Positions 1-12,721 of a stretch of 64,000 bases of DNA are shown here, piece after piece. The notes below the pieces were generated by a model. It had not been told where the DNA came from. It made no database searches and was given only the letters and a program-made list of their open reading frames with translations. Numbering within the stretch: position 1 is the stretch's first letter; every line of letters starts with the position of its first letter. The position numbers were made by a program, and so were the translations under genes. The DNA is from Camelus ferus (taxonomy: Eukaryota), in contig NC_045697.1 of NCBI RefSeq assembly GCF_009834535.1, positions 3,350,001 through 3,414,000 on the forward strand, written 5' to 3'.

Positions 1-149
1 GCCCGGCAGCCACCCCCAGGGCCCCGCCAGCATCCGGTTGGACAGATCAAGGAAAGCCTAGCAGGGCAGCTCTGGTGCGGAGATGATGGACAGGGGCAGG
101 GCAGGGGTCGAGTGACTCACTTATTGAATTTGATACTTACGGTGTACCT

Positions 150-235
150 GCCAAGTAGATGCGATCATCCCTATTTCTCTGATGGGAGAAGCTGAGGCCA
201 GAGAGGCTGAGTGCCTCCTGGAAAATCACGTGTCA
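150..235 (-). mobile_element. MIR SINE fragment (core)
   Basis: atcatccctatttctctgatgggagaagctgaggccagagaggctgagtg resembles the reverse-complemented MIR core (cccattttacagatgaggaaactgaggc..agagagg). Confidence 0.55.
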
Positions 236-544
236 CCTCAGCTCATCCCTCCCTCCATCCCTCATCTGTTTCACATCAGGGCTAACAGTGTGGCTGCACC
301 TGCCGGCAACTGGAACAACAGCACGGGGTTCCTGATGCAAAAGGCTTGGGAGAGTCCAAATGGATTCTGCCCACCCTGAAGACTATAAGACGTGGCTCCC
401 AGACATCTGTAGGTCCGTCCTGGGCTTTGGGGATGATTTCTGACCATGTGTAGAGGCAGAGGAAGGCGGAGTGGTGGAGGGAGGAGGGCCTTTCTGTCCC
501 TCTTCACCTTTCCTCCCTCCCTTTGGTCCACTATCATATTCTTT

Positions 545-840
545 CAGAGCATTAACTAACTTACTCAGCTGTGCGCCAGGCTCTGGGCTGGGAGATTAAT
601 CCCACGGGATCCCTGTCCGGGAGGAGCTCACAGCAGACAAGGGAGGTCATTTAACAGTGTGAGCTGTGCCCTGGGACAGGTGCCCCAAGAAGGGAGGCCT
701 CTCCCCCAGGCTGGACTGGAGGAGAGGAGAGGATGTCCAGAAAGTTCCAGGAAGGTGAGCTGCATGCTCTCGGGGGGACACACCAGCCATGCACAGAAAG
801 ATGCTCCAGGAAGATGGAGGGCAGACTGCACAAGATGCCG
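545..840 (-). mobile_element. Degraded L2 LINE 3' fragment
   Basis: tgtgcgccaggctctgggctgg..ccctgtcc..ggagctcacag..ttccaggaagg follows the order of antisense L2 3' motifs; heavily diverged. Confidence 0.4.
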
Positions 841-2129
841 GTGTGGGCCTCCTGTCTCCCTCTCTGCCAGGTTGGGAGGCCTGCCTGACCTGAGTCTGAC
901 ATCCCGCAAGCCCTTCCTGACCCTTCAACACGAGCCTGCACCTTCCTGCCTGCCCAGATCACGTCCACCTGGACCTGCCTGCCCAAACCACGCGTGGCTC
1001 TACCTGCCAAGTTACCTTCTCTGGTCCAGGGTTTCCCTCCACTGAGCTTCCAACCCAACTCTTCCAAGAGGTGGTGCCAACGTCCCAGTCTGCCTCACAG
1101 CAAAGCTCATGCAAATCATAGCTCTCAAACATCCAAGTGCAAAAAGGGGAAACAAACAGCATCCAGAAACAACTTCTTGCCTCTGCCAGGGCCCTGGCTG
1201 AATGCGCCGCGGACCTTTGGTTTTTGTTCAGACTCTTTATCAAGGAGAGAATCTGCTTTTAATCTGCCCTTTCCCAGATTGAGCCCTCAAAGGGTCCCCA
1301 CCCCCACCTGGAGATGGGTGTCACCTGGAGTCACCTTTCTATTTAAAACCCAATTGCCCAGTCCATTCCTTGCCAGACAGATGTGCCCAGCTGGGCTTAC
1401 AGAAAACCCAGCTTTGACATCAGGAGAGGCAGACAGTGGAGACACACAAACACAGCAGCATCCACCCCCGGGTCTCAAATTAGGATCTGCGCCGAGCATC
1501 CGCTATGTGCCCACGTGAGCCACAGGGAAGAATTAACCCTCCTACCCGGCGCGTCACTCCTGCGGCTGAACACGTCCTGCTGGGACATGCAGCGCACGCG
1601 CAGCGCGGCCGCCCTGAGTTTTAGGAGGACATCGCTCCACATGGCGGTTTTGGGTGTGGGTGGTCTTCAGCAGAGGAGAGGTCTCAGGACACAGAGTCTG
1701 ATGGAGACGAGGCTTTGCCACAGTGCTCAGCGACCTTGGGCTATTCACGCTCAGCCTTACACTGCAGGCATCATCTCTTTGGCGCTAAGCTTCCAAACCA
1801 GGCGCAGCCCTCGGCGCTGTTGTAGCAACAGCAGCTCGTTATTATCATCGCGCTCCCTTAACCCTGAAAGACCCACCTTGAGGAAGTTGTGGATAACTGG
1901 AATTTATGTGGATGCAAGTGTGCAGTGTTGCGTCCCTGCTGGAAACCCTCAGGGCCCCTCCCACCCGCGCGCCTGAGTCTGGCATCCATGACTCTCCCAC
2001 GACCTTGCCCTGATGAACTTGCCACCACGCGGCCCGAGGCCCAGCCACCCTGGACTGCTTTGAGCTCCCCAGACGCCTGCTGCTCCCACAGGCTCACTTT
2101 GCGTGGGATGCCCCGGCCATCTTCTCTGA

Positions 2130-2161
2130 CTGCAGTGAGGAATAGGGCCTGCAGGGGGCAG
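2130..2161 (+). promoter_or_regulatory. Candidate CTCF site with upstream (U) motif
   Basis: Core CCTGCAGGGGGCAG (2148-2161) fits CCWSYAGRKGGCRS; CTGCAGT starts 18 nt before the core, a spacing used by extended CTCF sites. Confidence 0.55.
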
Positions 2162-2716
2162 ACCAGGCTGATTGGGAGCCCTGGTGTTTGTCCGGGTGAG
2201 ACAGCCCAGTGACCCGCAGGGCCGAGCTCCTGGACCCGGAGAGCAGAGGGCCATCAGAGTCGGCCAACGGGCAGCCTTCACGTGAGAACGGATAAGACAA
2301 GAAGCCCTAGTGGTCCGGCTGCCTCCACAGGCAGGTGTGGGCTGTCAGTGTCCCTAGCGCCCCCCGACCACCCACCTGGCGGCTGCGGGTGGCTGCGGCC
2401 AGCCGCAGCAGTGCTTTCCCGACATTCCTGGGCTCCTGACTTCCTGATGTCAGCGGCGCCTTCTGACCTCCGCCCCCAGTCCTTGCATCAACCGCGTCAA
2501 CCTCTAGGGTCCGGATTAAGTCCCTCCCGACTCCAGCTGCCTCCAGTTTCCCAATCAAGTCCTGACTGGTGTGTGTGTCTGGAACCACTTCACCAAGCAC
2601 AGCGAGCTGCCCCCAGTTCCCTTTCTCATGTCAACTGCCACCCGACTAGGTATCCGCCATCGTCTCTTTCGAAGGTTCTTGGCTCACTCTTGCCAAAGGT
2701 CTTGAGATGCCTCAGC

Positions 2717-2880
2717 TCATCCATCATCCACCCATCCACCTACTCATCTGTCCATCCTGCCAGCCAGCCGGCCAGCCAGCCATCACCCATCCATCATCCA
2801 TCTATCCATCCATCTACCACCCACCTAGCCACCCATCCCATCTTCCTTCCTTCCTTCCCTCCCTCCCCCTCCCTCCTTCC
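2717..2880. repeat. (CATC/CCAT)n degenerate simple repeat grading into (CCTT/CCCT)n
   Basis: Directly visible tetranucleotide periodicity. Confidence 0.9.
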
Positions 2881-4474
2881 TGTCCCCTTTTCACCTTTCA
2901 CACTCTATCCGTCAACCTACTGAAAATTGCTTTGGGGAGTGAATGGAAGAGTTCGTGGGAAGAGGAGTGCGGCATACTCTGAGCCCAGTGCACAATTTAG
3001 TCACTGGCTGTAACCATGACCATGCAGCCCAACCTCCGAATCCACCCTTCTTGGTGTAGGTTCCGTGGCTTGTGCCTCCGAGTCTTGTCCTGTATAAACT
3101 TGAACTCCGTCTAGTACGGACGGGGAAGTAAGGGGGAAATGGCGTTTGCCGAGCACCCACCCTGCGCCTGGCCCTGCGCTAGGCATTGCTGTTTTATCAC
3201 TTTATTGTCACAGTAGCAACAAGGTGGTTTCTGCTTTGAAGACAGAAAACCCAGAAGCTCAGAGGGGTCGAACGGCCCGCCCCAGCCCACCCAGGCTGGG
3301 TGCCGCCCCTTCAGCACGGACCTGACTCTGTCTGATCCCGAAAGCCCCCTGTCCCGCCTCTGTGTCGAGACCGACAAGCATCCAACACGATCTAGTAAAA
3401 CATCCGCTCAAACACAATTACGGAATTGATTGTCGGGAAAGGATTGGCTCAGTTTTAATTACCAGCCTGACAGTCACTGAAATGCCAGGAAACATCCCCA
3501 GGAACATTTGTAAATTTAACGGAGAGGGCAAACCTTTTCCCTCTGGCCGAAGGCTGACTCGGAAGATCTTGGGTCTGATCAATAGAAACTAAATGAGGCA
3601 AACATATCTCAGGACGTATAAAAATACGCGTCACCAATGTCTTAGAGCCTTGACTTACTCACCACCGCGCCTGTGGCACTTGTGGCATGAGAGGCCCCTG
3701 CCGGCCCCCTCCCCCACAATTGTTGATGATCTCAGTTCTCCAAAGGGGAGAACGCTGAGGCTTCAGAGTGAATAGGGTGTAGCTGTGTTTTGTTTGGCTG
3801 CATGAGGACATTTTGCAGACGAAGCCAGCGAGCCCGCTGCCTGGGTGGAGTGTGGTGGACAGCTAATTCTCTGGAGTGGCTGTGCTTTGGAAGACTGCCT
3901 TTCATCAGGAAAGTTGAATTACCTATGTACGATCAGATCTGTGAACAACTCGTTCATTCATCTGCCCCTAACTGAAGAGCAGAAAGCAAGGGCCTGAAGC
4001 TCAGTGCCTTCGCCTGGTGCCTCCTCAGCGCTGGCCTGGGCAGCCTCCTGGGTAAAGACGACAGCTTTTGGAAAGAACTCTGGAATCTCCAAAGGCTCTC
4101 CCTACAAATATTTGTGATTAGAGACCAAGACATTATTAATGTGGGGTGAGCTGGCTGGAACACTGCAGGAGCTTCAGTGAGCAGCCCTTCTCCTCGCCGT
4201 CACTGGAGCTGGATGCCCGAAGGCTCGTGCAGGTGCACTGGCGTTGGCACCTCGTGGCCAAGGCCATGGCCCTCAGTGCAGGGGCTACTGCTGTTCTGTG
4301 CTCAGAAGATGAAGTAAGGACAGAGCTGAAAGGCCCGTTACTGTGGCTTCCTCGGATCTGGGTGAGGAAATGGACTCTCCCCACAGGAAGCCCCAGGCAG
4401 GATCCTGTAGCCAAAATCACCTGGCATTGTGGTTTTCCTGAGCTACGTGGAGCAGATAACAGCATTGGTGATAA

Positions 4475-4650
4475 AATAATCATACGAGGCATGTACTGAG
4501 CGCTCACTGTATGCCAGGCACTGTACTGAATGCTTTGCACACCGTTGACAACCCTCCGACGAGGTGGTTGCTATTTTTACTCCTTTGATGGATGAAGCAA
4601 TGAGTCCCGGAGAGGGCAGTGTCCACCCGCGTCACACGGTGGGAGCTGTG
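4475..4650 (-). mobile_element. MIR SINE
   Basis: actgagcgctcactgtatgccaggcactgtactgaatgctttgcac..caaccct..gaggt matches the antisense MIR 3' half. Confidence 0.7.
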
Positions 4651-5289
4651 GCCTGGACACACTGCGGAGATGGGCGGGGCGCACGCTGCGCACACTGCCT
4701 TCCTTTGCTCTTTGCTTGTGTGTCCCGGGACCTATGTCGGCTGGTGCTGGGGCAGACTGGGTGCAGCCTGGTTGTCCCTGGCTTCATGGAGCACTCTGGC
4801 CAGTGGCAAGATAATGACCAAAGAAGCACATAGGCGGGCGATCGTAAACTCCAAGGAGGGTCCAGCCATTTACCAACGGCGGAGAAGAGGGCACTGACAA
4901 GACCAGAGAAAGAGCGAGGTGGGCCGGGTCCAGCGGGAAGGGAGGAGCAGACTGGGATGGGGGGAGGACCACAGGATGCAAAGATGGGAGACGGGCAGCA
5001 CCGGACGCCCGCAGGACGCCCGCTGGGCGGGGCAGCCAGGAGTCCGGAAGGACCCCGGCTCCCACCTGGGGCACTGGGAGGAACGTGGTAAAGAAACAGA
5101 CCCACGGCTTCCCTGGTGGCACCAGCAGTCTCTACAGGAGGAGAACCTGGGAGGGAGACTGAGGAAGGGGCACAGGGGTGAGTGAGGACCAGAGAGCACG
5201 GTGCCAGGGAGGATCGGGCCAGAGAGGACAGGCACGGGGCAGTGCCACAAAGAGCAGACACGGTGAGGGTCAGGCAAGTGCCACTGATG

Positions 5290-5666
5290 GTCAGAGGCAG
5301 GCCCCGGTGTCCCCAGGCACCCCTCGCTGTCAGAGGCGGGCCCCGGTGTCCCCAGGCACCCCTCGCTGTCAGAGGCGGGCCCTGGTGTCCCCAGGCACCC
5401 CTCGCTGTCAGAGGCGGGCACCGGTGTCCCCAGGCACCCCTCGCTGTCAGAGGCGGGCCCCGGTGTCCCAGGCACCCCTCGCTGTCAGAGGCGGGCACCG
5501 GTGTCCCCAGGCACCCCTCGCTGTCAGAGGCGGGCCCCGGTGTCCCCAGGCACCCCTCGCTGTCAGAGGCGGGCCCTGGTGTCCCCAGGCACCCCTCGCT
5601 GTCAGAGGCGGGCACCGGTGTCCCCAGGCACCCCTCGCTGTCAGAGGTGGGCCCTGGTGTCCCCAG
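5290..5666. repeat. 39-bp GC-rich minisatellite (VNTR), ~9.7 copies
   Basis: Unit gtcagaggcgggc(c/a)c(c/t)ggtgtccccaggcacccctcgct starts at 5290, 5329, 5368, 5407, 5446 (38 bp), 5484, 5523, 5562, 5601 and 5640 (partial). Confidence 0.97.
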
Positions 5667-6929
5667 AAAAGGATGATATGAGAGATGGTACATCTGCCAT
5701 CCCTTCTTTCTGTCCTCTTAGCCTGTGCCATCAGTCACCAGTGAGTCCTGTGGCTTCCACGCCTTAGGGGCAGGGAGTGGCCCTGGGGTCTGGCCCCTCT
5801 CGGACAGAAGCCTCATAAGCGGTAGGTGAACTAAACAAACGCTCGCGGTCGCGGGAGAGATGAGGGGTCTCTTGTGTCAGTTTCTTCTCATCCTTCCAAC
5901 CACAAATGAGTAATGATGTAATTAAAGTTCCCGGGGAAGGAAGCCTGCCACAGGAGTCTCCCCAGGGCTCTTGGAGGTCACATGGAGACTGCTGTGAACC
6001 CAGGCTCTGGATCCCTGGCAGAACCACCAGTGTTGAAATTCCCAGACCAAGAAGTCTCCCAGGACCCCACCCCACAGCATGCAGAAATGGAGGCCTGGCT
6101 GTACCCCTCCCACAGGCACGACCAAAGAGAGACGGGGTGGGGGGAGGTTGCGCGGGGCAGATCCAGCCCCTCCCGTCACTCAAGTCACAGAGACACCCAG
6201 AAATAGGGAGCAGGGGTCACAGAGGCTCGGCGCCGACACAGGGCCAGTTGGACTGGCACAATCTCTGATGCTGGAATTGCTGGGGTCGTGTCCCCGCCTC
6301 TCGGCTGGACGCCTCCTGGGACAGGGGCTCCCCACCGCACTCTCTGGACCAGTCTGCTTTCTGATACTGGAATCGCCACAGTAGCTTCCTAGCCCCTTTG
6401 CTTGGATACCTCCGGTGACAAGGGCTCCCTACCTCTCTGACTGTGCCGGTGGTTTTCTTTAAAACAAATGCAACCCCGCAGGGCAGAGAACAAAGGGCTT
6501 TGGGATCCCACAGACATATGCTGGTTTCTGGCCGTGGGTGTACAGCAGTGTGACCCTGAGTCAGCTCAGGGGCCCTTGGGGGAGCCCCGAGCCCACCCTT
6601 CGAGGAAGAGCGGGACACCCTCCACCCCTCGTGCTCCCTCTCTGACCTCTTCCTTCTCCCGAAGGCGCACTGAGGTGGGGCGGTGGGTGATGGGAGGAGG
6701 CCCCAGCGGGAGCACGGTGGTCCTCAGCCTTCCCCACGGCCGCTCCGTGGGCATCTTCCCCTTGGGAGCCCACCTGGGTGAGGGGCTGCACTCTGGGGCA
6801 GGGGTGTGATTTCATGTCATTAGGTCACCCCTGATTACACTGATCATTAGCCCACAGGTCAGCTGCCACAGTGTGCTAACGGCAGCTTACGGACCCACCA
6901 GCCAGGCAGTAATCGCAGCAGTGGGGAGC

Positions 6930-7100
6930 GGCCCCCAGGTCTGGGCGGTGCTGCTCTGGGCACTTTATGCGCATTCAGTCACCAGCTCCTCCCTGAGAAG
7001 CTGTTCCGTTATTGCCTCCACTTTCCAGACAGGCCAAGCCCTTGCTCAGAGGTCCCTCTGCCCCTGCGAGGCCGAGCTGGTGTCAGGGGCGCCCCAGGCC
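6930..7100 (-). mobile_element. MIR SINE, diverged
   Basis: gtgctgctctgggcactttatgcgcatt..ttattgcctccactttccagacagg..gctcagagg resembles antisense MIR. Confidence 0.45.
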
Positions 7101-7890
7101 ACCAGCCCAGCCGCCTTCCCTGATCCAATTTACTGAAGCGCTCTTTTTGTATAAAATTTTGTTCAGCAAAAAAGTACTGATGTCAAAAAAAAGAGACATA
7201 TTTCATCACATTTGATTCTGTCCAGTCATCACCACTCCAGCACACACACACACACCCCCTGCACTTTACAAATGAGGGGAAGGCGTGGTTAAGGAAGGCT
7301 TCAGAAGAACCAAGAAGATTCCACTGCTCCTGTTTACTGAGCGCCGCCCACAGGCCGGCCCTGGGCTGGACAGGCCGCCCGTATCCCCGCGGGGCCTGGC
7401 CACGCTGCCCACGGCGGACACAAGCCCGCCGATAGGGGCGGCGTCTGAGGTTCAAAGGGGATTTGGGAGTCCCTTCCCCACGGAGGCCAGAGCTGGAGGG
7501 GACCCAGGTCTCTGTGCCTGTCTTGTCAACAGTCTGTCACCTCCTCTCTTCGCTGGCTCCTGCCTCCCGGGGTCTCTTGGTGGTGGATTAGCTATGGGGG
7601 TGGCCGACAAGGTGGCAGCGGGAGGTGGGCCACTCAGGGTGGCCTGGAGTCCTCTTGACCAAGGAGCAGGAGAGCTGAGCTGCTGGCCTGTCCAGGTGGC
7701 AGAGCAGCGGGGAAGGGACCCTGCCTGGGGACCCTCGGTCCCCTCGCCAACCCCCAGGCCTGTGCTTCCGTTTCTAACCTGTAAGAACGCAAAATAAGTC
7801 CTGCCCTGCCAACCTGCAGGCCGGCCTCCAGGAGCCAAGACAAAGCCCGCTGCGTCGCAGCATCGAGCTCGTGGAACAAACACCTGCCCG

Positions 7891-8396
7891 TGTGGATAAA
7901 AAGTACTACAGCCACGTCGGCAGACACAGGATGCTGCGCCGTCAAGTCACCAGCCGCTGCCGCCACCCCCACCCCCGGCAGTGAGCGGAGGAAACTCAGG
8001 ACGCAGACAGGCAGGCAGCCCGCCTCTGCCGCCCCCACAGCGGTGCCCCCACAGGGGACTTGGGATGTGCAAGAACAGGCACCAGCCCTGGACAGCTGAG
8101 GTGCACATCAAAGGAACGGTTCCAGTGAGCCCAGACCTTTGCACCTTCCCACACGCAGAAAAGCACTAATTTCCTTATCTTGAGATGTCTGGTTTTCTTA
8201 AATTAATCTTTGGATGTTCCGACTACCTGGTCTTTGTGGCAAAAGCTCCTGTACGTCCTGGCGTCTCCCCTGCCTCTGTGGAGCAGTCTCTTAGAGCGAT
8301 CTGAGAGGCCACCTCCTGGGCTTGAAGTCCTCAGAAAGTGCGCAGAATAAAACTCAACTCTCAGCTTACAGGCTGTGAATTTTGTTTCAGTCGACA
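7891..8396 (+). mobile_element. ERV1-type solo LTR (laurasiatherian/ungulate-type family)
   Basis: TG..CA termini (tgtggataaaa..tttcagtcgaca); AATAAA at 8346; 4-bp TSD cccg/cctg (one CpG transition); body resembles recalled ungulate ERV1 LTRs. Confidence 0.8.
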
Positions 8397-9317
8397 CCTG
8401 GATGGTGCCATGCGCCTCGGGGCCGACTCTGTGCTGAGTCCCAGACCCTGTACTGCTGCTGTTGGCCAACAGCTCACGGCTTACCCCTTTCTCAGAAAAC
8501 TGCCCTCGGCTGATGGGAGCCCTGGCCTGGGAGTTTGTACCCTCCCCCTGGAGGACCCCAGACAGTGTTCATGGACGGGGGTAGGGGAACGGCCAGTCCC
8601 CTGTCTCAAGGAGGGGCGACTCTGTTTCACACACCTCAGCTGGCCGTGGACCAGACCTGGGCTGAGGACCACAGCCTTCCGCAGCCACTTCTTCCCCTCA
8701 GCTTTCTCCCGAGAGCTCACGTGTGCCCATCCCTGCCTCAGGCTCTGCGTCTGGACAACTCGACTAGGTTCGGTGCGTTATCTCCAAGTGGCCATCTCCC
8801 CAGGCAAGGCAGGTTCTGGAGAGCAGGGGGCCTCAGCCACGCTGTCCCCAGGGCCCCGGCAGGCAGGACCCCATCAGTAGGGGCTGCAGGAGTGAACAAG
8901 CAGCCACTGTGAAAACTCAGGTCGGTGGGAGGCTGAAAAGCACCGCAGACCAGGGGCCACACACTGAGCCATGCCCCGTGATAAAGGGAGGCTCTGCTCT
9001 CTGCAAAAGCCCAGGCCGCTGCCTCGTATTTTTGAGAAAGAGGGAAACGGTAGTGATGCTGTGGGAGAGGCTGGCCTGGGAACGGTGTCCTCCAACCGGC
9101 TCGAAGCCTTCCGCAGCTAAAGAGGGTTTAGGGCTGAGAAATGCCCAGGGGTCCCCAGCCCAAGACACAGGGAGGAGGAGGAGGAGGGGCCGGGTGGGCT
9201 AGAGACCCAGGAGGACGCGGCTCCACCTCCGGGCGGCGCGGCGGGGGACGGTGGGGGAGGGGCTGGCACAATCTGCCAAGACTGTTTTTATTTTTTAAGG
9301 TGCAACATCCTGGAGAG

Positions 9318-9452
9318 TTTTGTTTTGTTTTCTGTTTGAGGGGGACAGGTAATTAGGTTAATTTATTTATTTTTTGATGGAGGTACTGGGGACTGAACCC
9401 AGGACCTCGTGCATGCTAAGCACACACTCTACCACTGAGCTGTACCCTCACC
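9318..9452 (-). mobile_element. tRNA-Ala-derived SINE (camelid vic-1-like)
   Basis: Reverse complement ggtgagggtacagctcagtggtagagtgtgtgcttagcatgcacgaggtcctgggttcagtccccagtacctcca, then A-rich linker, aacctaattac and A-rich tail; pol III A/B boxes. Confidence 0.9.
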
Positions 9453-9949
9453 TTCCAAAGTGTTTTAAATCACACACAAGCACACACAGATGCACGCACA
9501 TGCAGGTGCATTCTTAAAAGCGGCCCCTAATGTGGGTGCATTAGGACGTATGAGTGTCAGCCAGACACTGGCCCTTGGCAGAGCCTCCGGACTCCCTGAG
9601 GAGCACAGCAGGGACACCCTGCCAGCCGTTTTCACCATGAGGACTTGGAACAGAGAGGGCGCAACATTTAGTCCAAATGCCTTACTTTACAGTTAGGGAC
9701 ACTTTCGTTCGAGGAGAGAGAGCCACCTCCCCACGGTCCACAGCCCACGGGACTGAGCTAAGACCCTTGGCTGCCTAATGCTGAGGCCAGGACAGGAAAT
9801 TTCCTGCCCCGTCCTTGAGTGTGGACTAAAGAAGTGGCCAGTCAGAGAGAGGTACTTCTGGCCAGAAGCTCCTGGGCTGTTCTAAGTGGAAATGCCTGCT
9901 GGGAGGATGTGGAGGGGATGGGGTGGCTTGACTGAGGATGTGGAGTGTG

Positions 9950-10280
9950 GGGTGAGAGGGTGTGGTTTGGACACAGCAGCATGGAACTTGCTGATGCACT
10001 TGAGGTGGGTTGTGAGGCAGAGGGGGTCAAGGGTGACGCCGAAGCTTTTGGCCCGGCTGGGGGATGGCACCTCCTTCTGGAGAGGCAATGGGAACACTTC
10101 TGTCTGCAGGAGGACGACTCTGAGAAGTCTGTTAGTGAGGGCCCACAGGAGTCGTGCAGACAGAGGCAGATCTGAGCGTGGAGTCTGAGGAGCATCAGGG
10201 CTGAGGGTAACTGGGGTGCACGTATGCAGATATGTGGTTTGTGAAGCCATGAGATCCGGCAGGATCATGAAGAGAGAGGG
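9950..10280 (-). mobile_element. L2 LINE fragment
   Basis: acttgctgatgcacttgaggtgggttgtgagg..gggtcaagggtgacgccgaagcttttggcc..tgaagccatgagat are typical antisense L2 motifs. Confidence 0.7.
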
Positions 10281-10487
10281 GGAAACCGGGTGAACGTCTC
10301 ACCCCACTGCTGTGCGTCCCAGAGGGAAGGTGAGGCAGGGCTGGCTGGAGACCAGTGGGACATGGACACAGTCTCCCCTTGTACAGGTGAGGAGACTGGG
10401 ACAACCCCAGAAACACAGCCGGTGGGTAGAGTCAGATTTTGACCTCAAGGTTCTTGACCTTGAACTTCAGAACTAGAAGTGTTGCGT

Positions 10488-10787
10488 AGAATGCCCTTCC
10501 CTCTTCCACATAGTCAACACCTATACACCCTTCCAAGGCCAACTCAAACGTCCCCTTTCCTGTGAAACACTCCTTGCTCCCTTCTGGTGCCCAGCCCCCC
10601 ATCACAGTCCCACAGAAGCCAGTACACACCTCCCCTTCAGAACGTAGTCCACCTCGGGATCGCGGGCTATGAGCTCCCGGGGCTGTGAGCTCTCTGGGGT
10701 CAGGGAATGGTTTCCATTCCCACCGGCCTCTCTCCACTTGCCCAGAAACTCAGTATGTGAGGAGCGCTACCTATGAAGACTTGTCAA
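10488..10787 (+). mobile_element. L2 LINE 3' end
   Basis: gaatgcccttccc..ccttccaaggccaactcaaacgtcccctttcctgtgaa..ctgtgagctc..ggtcaggga, running into a TGGA-type tail. Confidence 0.55.
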
Positions 10788-11130
10788 ATGGATGGATGGA
10801 TAATGGGATGAATGGGTGGCGGTGGGGGGTAGGTGCATGAGTGGATAGATGTTCAGGTGGATAGATGGGTGGATTTAATGGTGGATGAACATACGGGTAA
10901 GTGGCCAGATGAATGGATGGATGAGTGGATGATGGCTGGCTGGCTATATAGATAAATGGCCCATGGACGGGTGGATGAGTGGATATGTGTGTGTGTGTGT
11001 GTGTAGACAAACGGATGGGTGGGTAGGTGGATGGGTGGATGGGACCATCAATGGAAGGATAAATAACAGATAAGTGGCTCTTGGATGGGTGGGTGGGTTG
11101 ATTGGACAGAAGGGTGGCAGGTAGGCACGG
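10788..11130. repeat. (TGGA/GGGT)n degenerate repeat with embedded (TG)n
   Basis: Directly visible; probably an expanded L2 tail. Confidence 0.9.
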
Positions 11131-11786
11131 TGGAAAGACAACAAGATTTGTAGTCACAATATTCAGAGTTTTGTCCTGGCCTCACTCTCATGAGCTGCTG
11201 CATCACAGGGTTCCTACTGCTGGTCCCTCGGCTCCTCACCTTTGAAGTGGAGAGGGGTCGACCAGCCGTCTACCTGCTGGGACTCTGTGAGGCTCAGAGC
11301 GGCAGTGAGAACAGCTCGGGGATGGCACAGGGCCATGCGCCTGTGAGGCGGTCCCGGGCAGCCTGGCACAACGTGCACTGCCGTGGAGCTCTCTGCCAGA
11401 AATCCCCTCCAAAACGTACATCGAGGGAGCATAATTTCCACATGGCTGGTTTTAAAACCAAGTAATTAAGTGGTTTTACAGTCAGTTTTTAAAATAAGCT
11501 CTTTAAGTTATGAGTATAAAGCATGTCCCTATAATAGCCAAGTTGTTCTGTTTCGTGATCTCTATTGCAATGGATTTTATAATTAGGCAGGAAAAAACCT
11601 CTCCAGGGCTGAGGCCAGCTTATTGAACTCACTTTTTGGCATGGTGTGATCTAAACCAACCCCAGAGGTGGGGCTTCCTCGGGACCTAGTCCACGTGGAG
11701 CCTTGTTGGGGGTCTGAGGTGCAGAGGGTGACTGACAAGGACACAGGACAGCCCAGCTAGGGTGGAGGGAAGCCGGGGGCTGGGGC

Positions 11787-11843
11787 TGTGTGCGTGTGTG
11801 CATGCGTGTGTGTGCACACGCATGTGTGTTCGTGTAGGTGTGC
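11787..11843. repeat. Imperfect (TG)n / purine-pyrimidine alternating tract
   Basis: tgtgtgcgtgtgtgcatgcgtgtgtgtgcacacgcatgtgtg. Confidence 0.8.
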
Positions 11844-11959
11844 ATTGGGGGTGCTCAGGGGAGGCGGAGATTCAAAGAAGCCTCCAGATAAAGGCTCTCT
11901 CCCCGGAGCCTACAGCTGTGCCAGGTGAATCTCTGATAAATCAGTATTGAATCGGGGAG

Positions 11960-12095
11960 GGTGAGTACATGGGTGGATGAACGGGGGGAACAGATAAGGG
12001 CATGGGTGGGTGGGTGGGTGGATGGATGGACGGATGAGTGGACGGATGGATGGATGGATAAATGGATGGATGGATGGATGGGCAGATGGATGAAT
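11960..12095. repeat. (TGGA/TGGG)n simple repeat
   Basis: Directly visible. Confidence 0.9.
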
Positions 12096-12721
12096 AGAAG
12101 AACTGCAAGTTTCAGGATGGCAGGGCCCAGACTCAGTACCCAGCCAACCAGAGTCCCACACCTGGGCCCTGACTAGCAGCTTGCACTAGGAAGTTAATGA
12201 AAGAGTGAGGAATTGGTGGGACCCCCAGTTTTCCAGTGCCTGAGGTATTCCCACAGGCAGCATACCTGAGGGTCGTTTCTGGCAAACTGTGCGATGCAAG
12301 TGCTCCCTTGGTGCCAAACAGCCCCCTTCCGTGATGCTAACCTCAGAATCGTCCTTACGTCGGCACCAGTGTCCCTCAGCTGCTGGCCGTGGCTCTGCAC
12401 ACTCCTGTGAGTGGGGACGTGTTGCCCCTGTGGCAGGGTGCCCTGAGCTCGTCCTGCTGCACACACACTCAGCTGGGTCCCTGCAGCGCCCGCGGCCTCT
12501 TGGAGCTCGGGCCGCAGGGCCTCTGAGGGGCAGCAGACAGAGATTACTGGATTTACGCAGCCCCGCCGAGCAGCTGTCCGCCCCCTCTCTTTTCTTCAAT
12601 CCTTTCTGCTCTTTTTGTCTCACTCGGGTTATTTAGGTCATCTCAGAAGTCCCCTTGCATTTTTTTGGTGCCGAGGTAGAGTATCAATAAATGTATTTTA
12701 ATTTCTCAGTAGGAATAAAGA

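Noticed and set aside
3923..3971. Minus-strand 49-nt pseudo-exon with a good acceptor
   Set aside because: Stops in all three frames and a weak donor
5290..5666. CRISPR-like appearance of regular repeats
   Set aside because: Units are head-to-tail with no unique spacers; mammalian context; no cas genes
4632..5767. Long overlapping ORFs (up to 353 aa) with 13-aa repeats
   Set aside because: Produced by the stop-poor 39-bp VNTR in several frames on both strands; no domain or exon structure
9378..9449. tRNA-Ala(AGC)-like sequences (also 34813, 36994, 52768)
   Set aside because: All carry the same SINE body and A-rich tail, two with clear TSDs; SINE heads rather than tRNA genes
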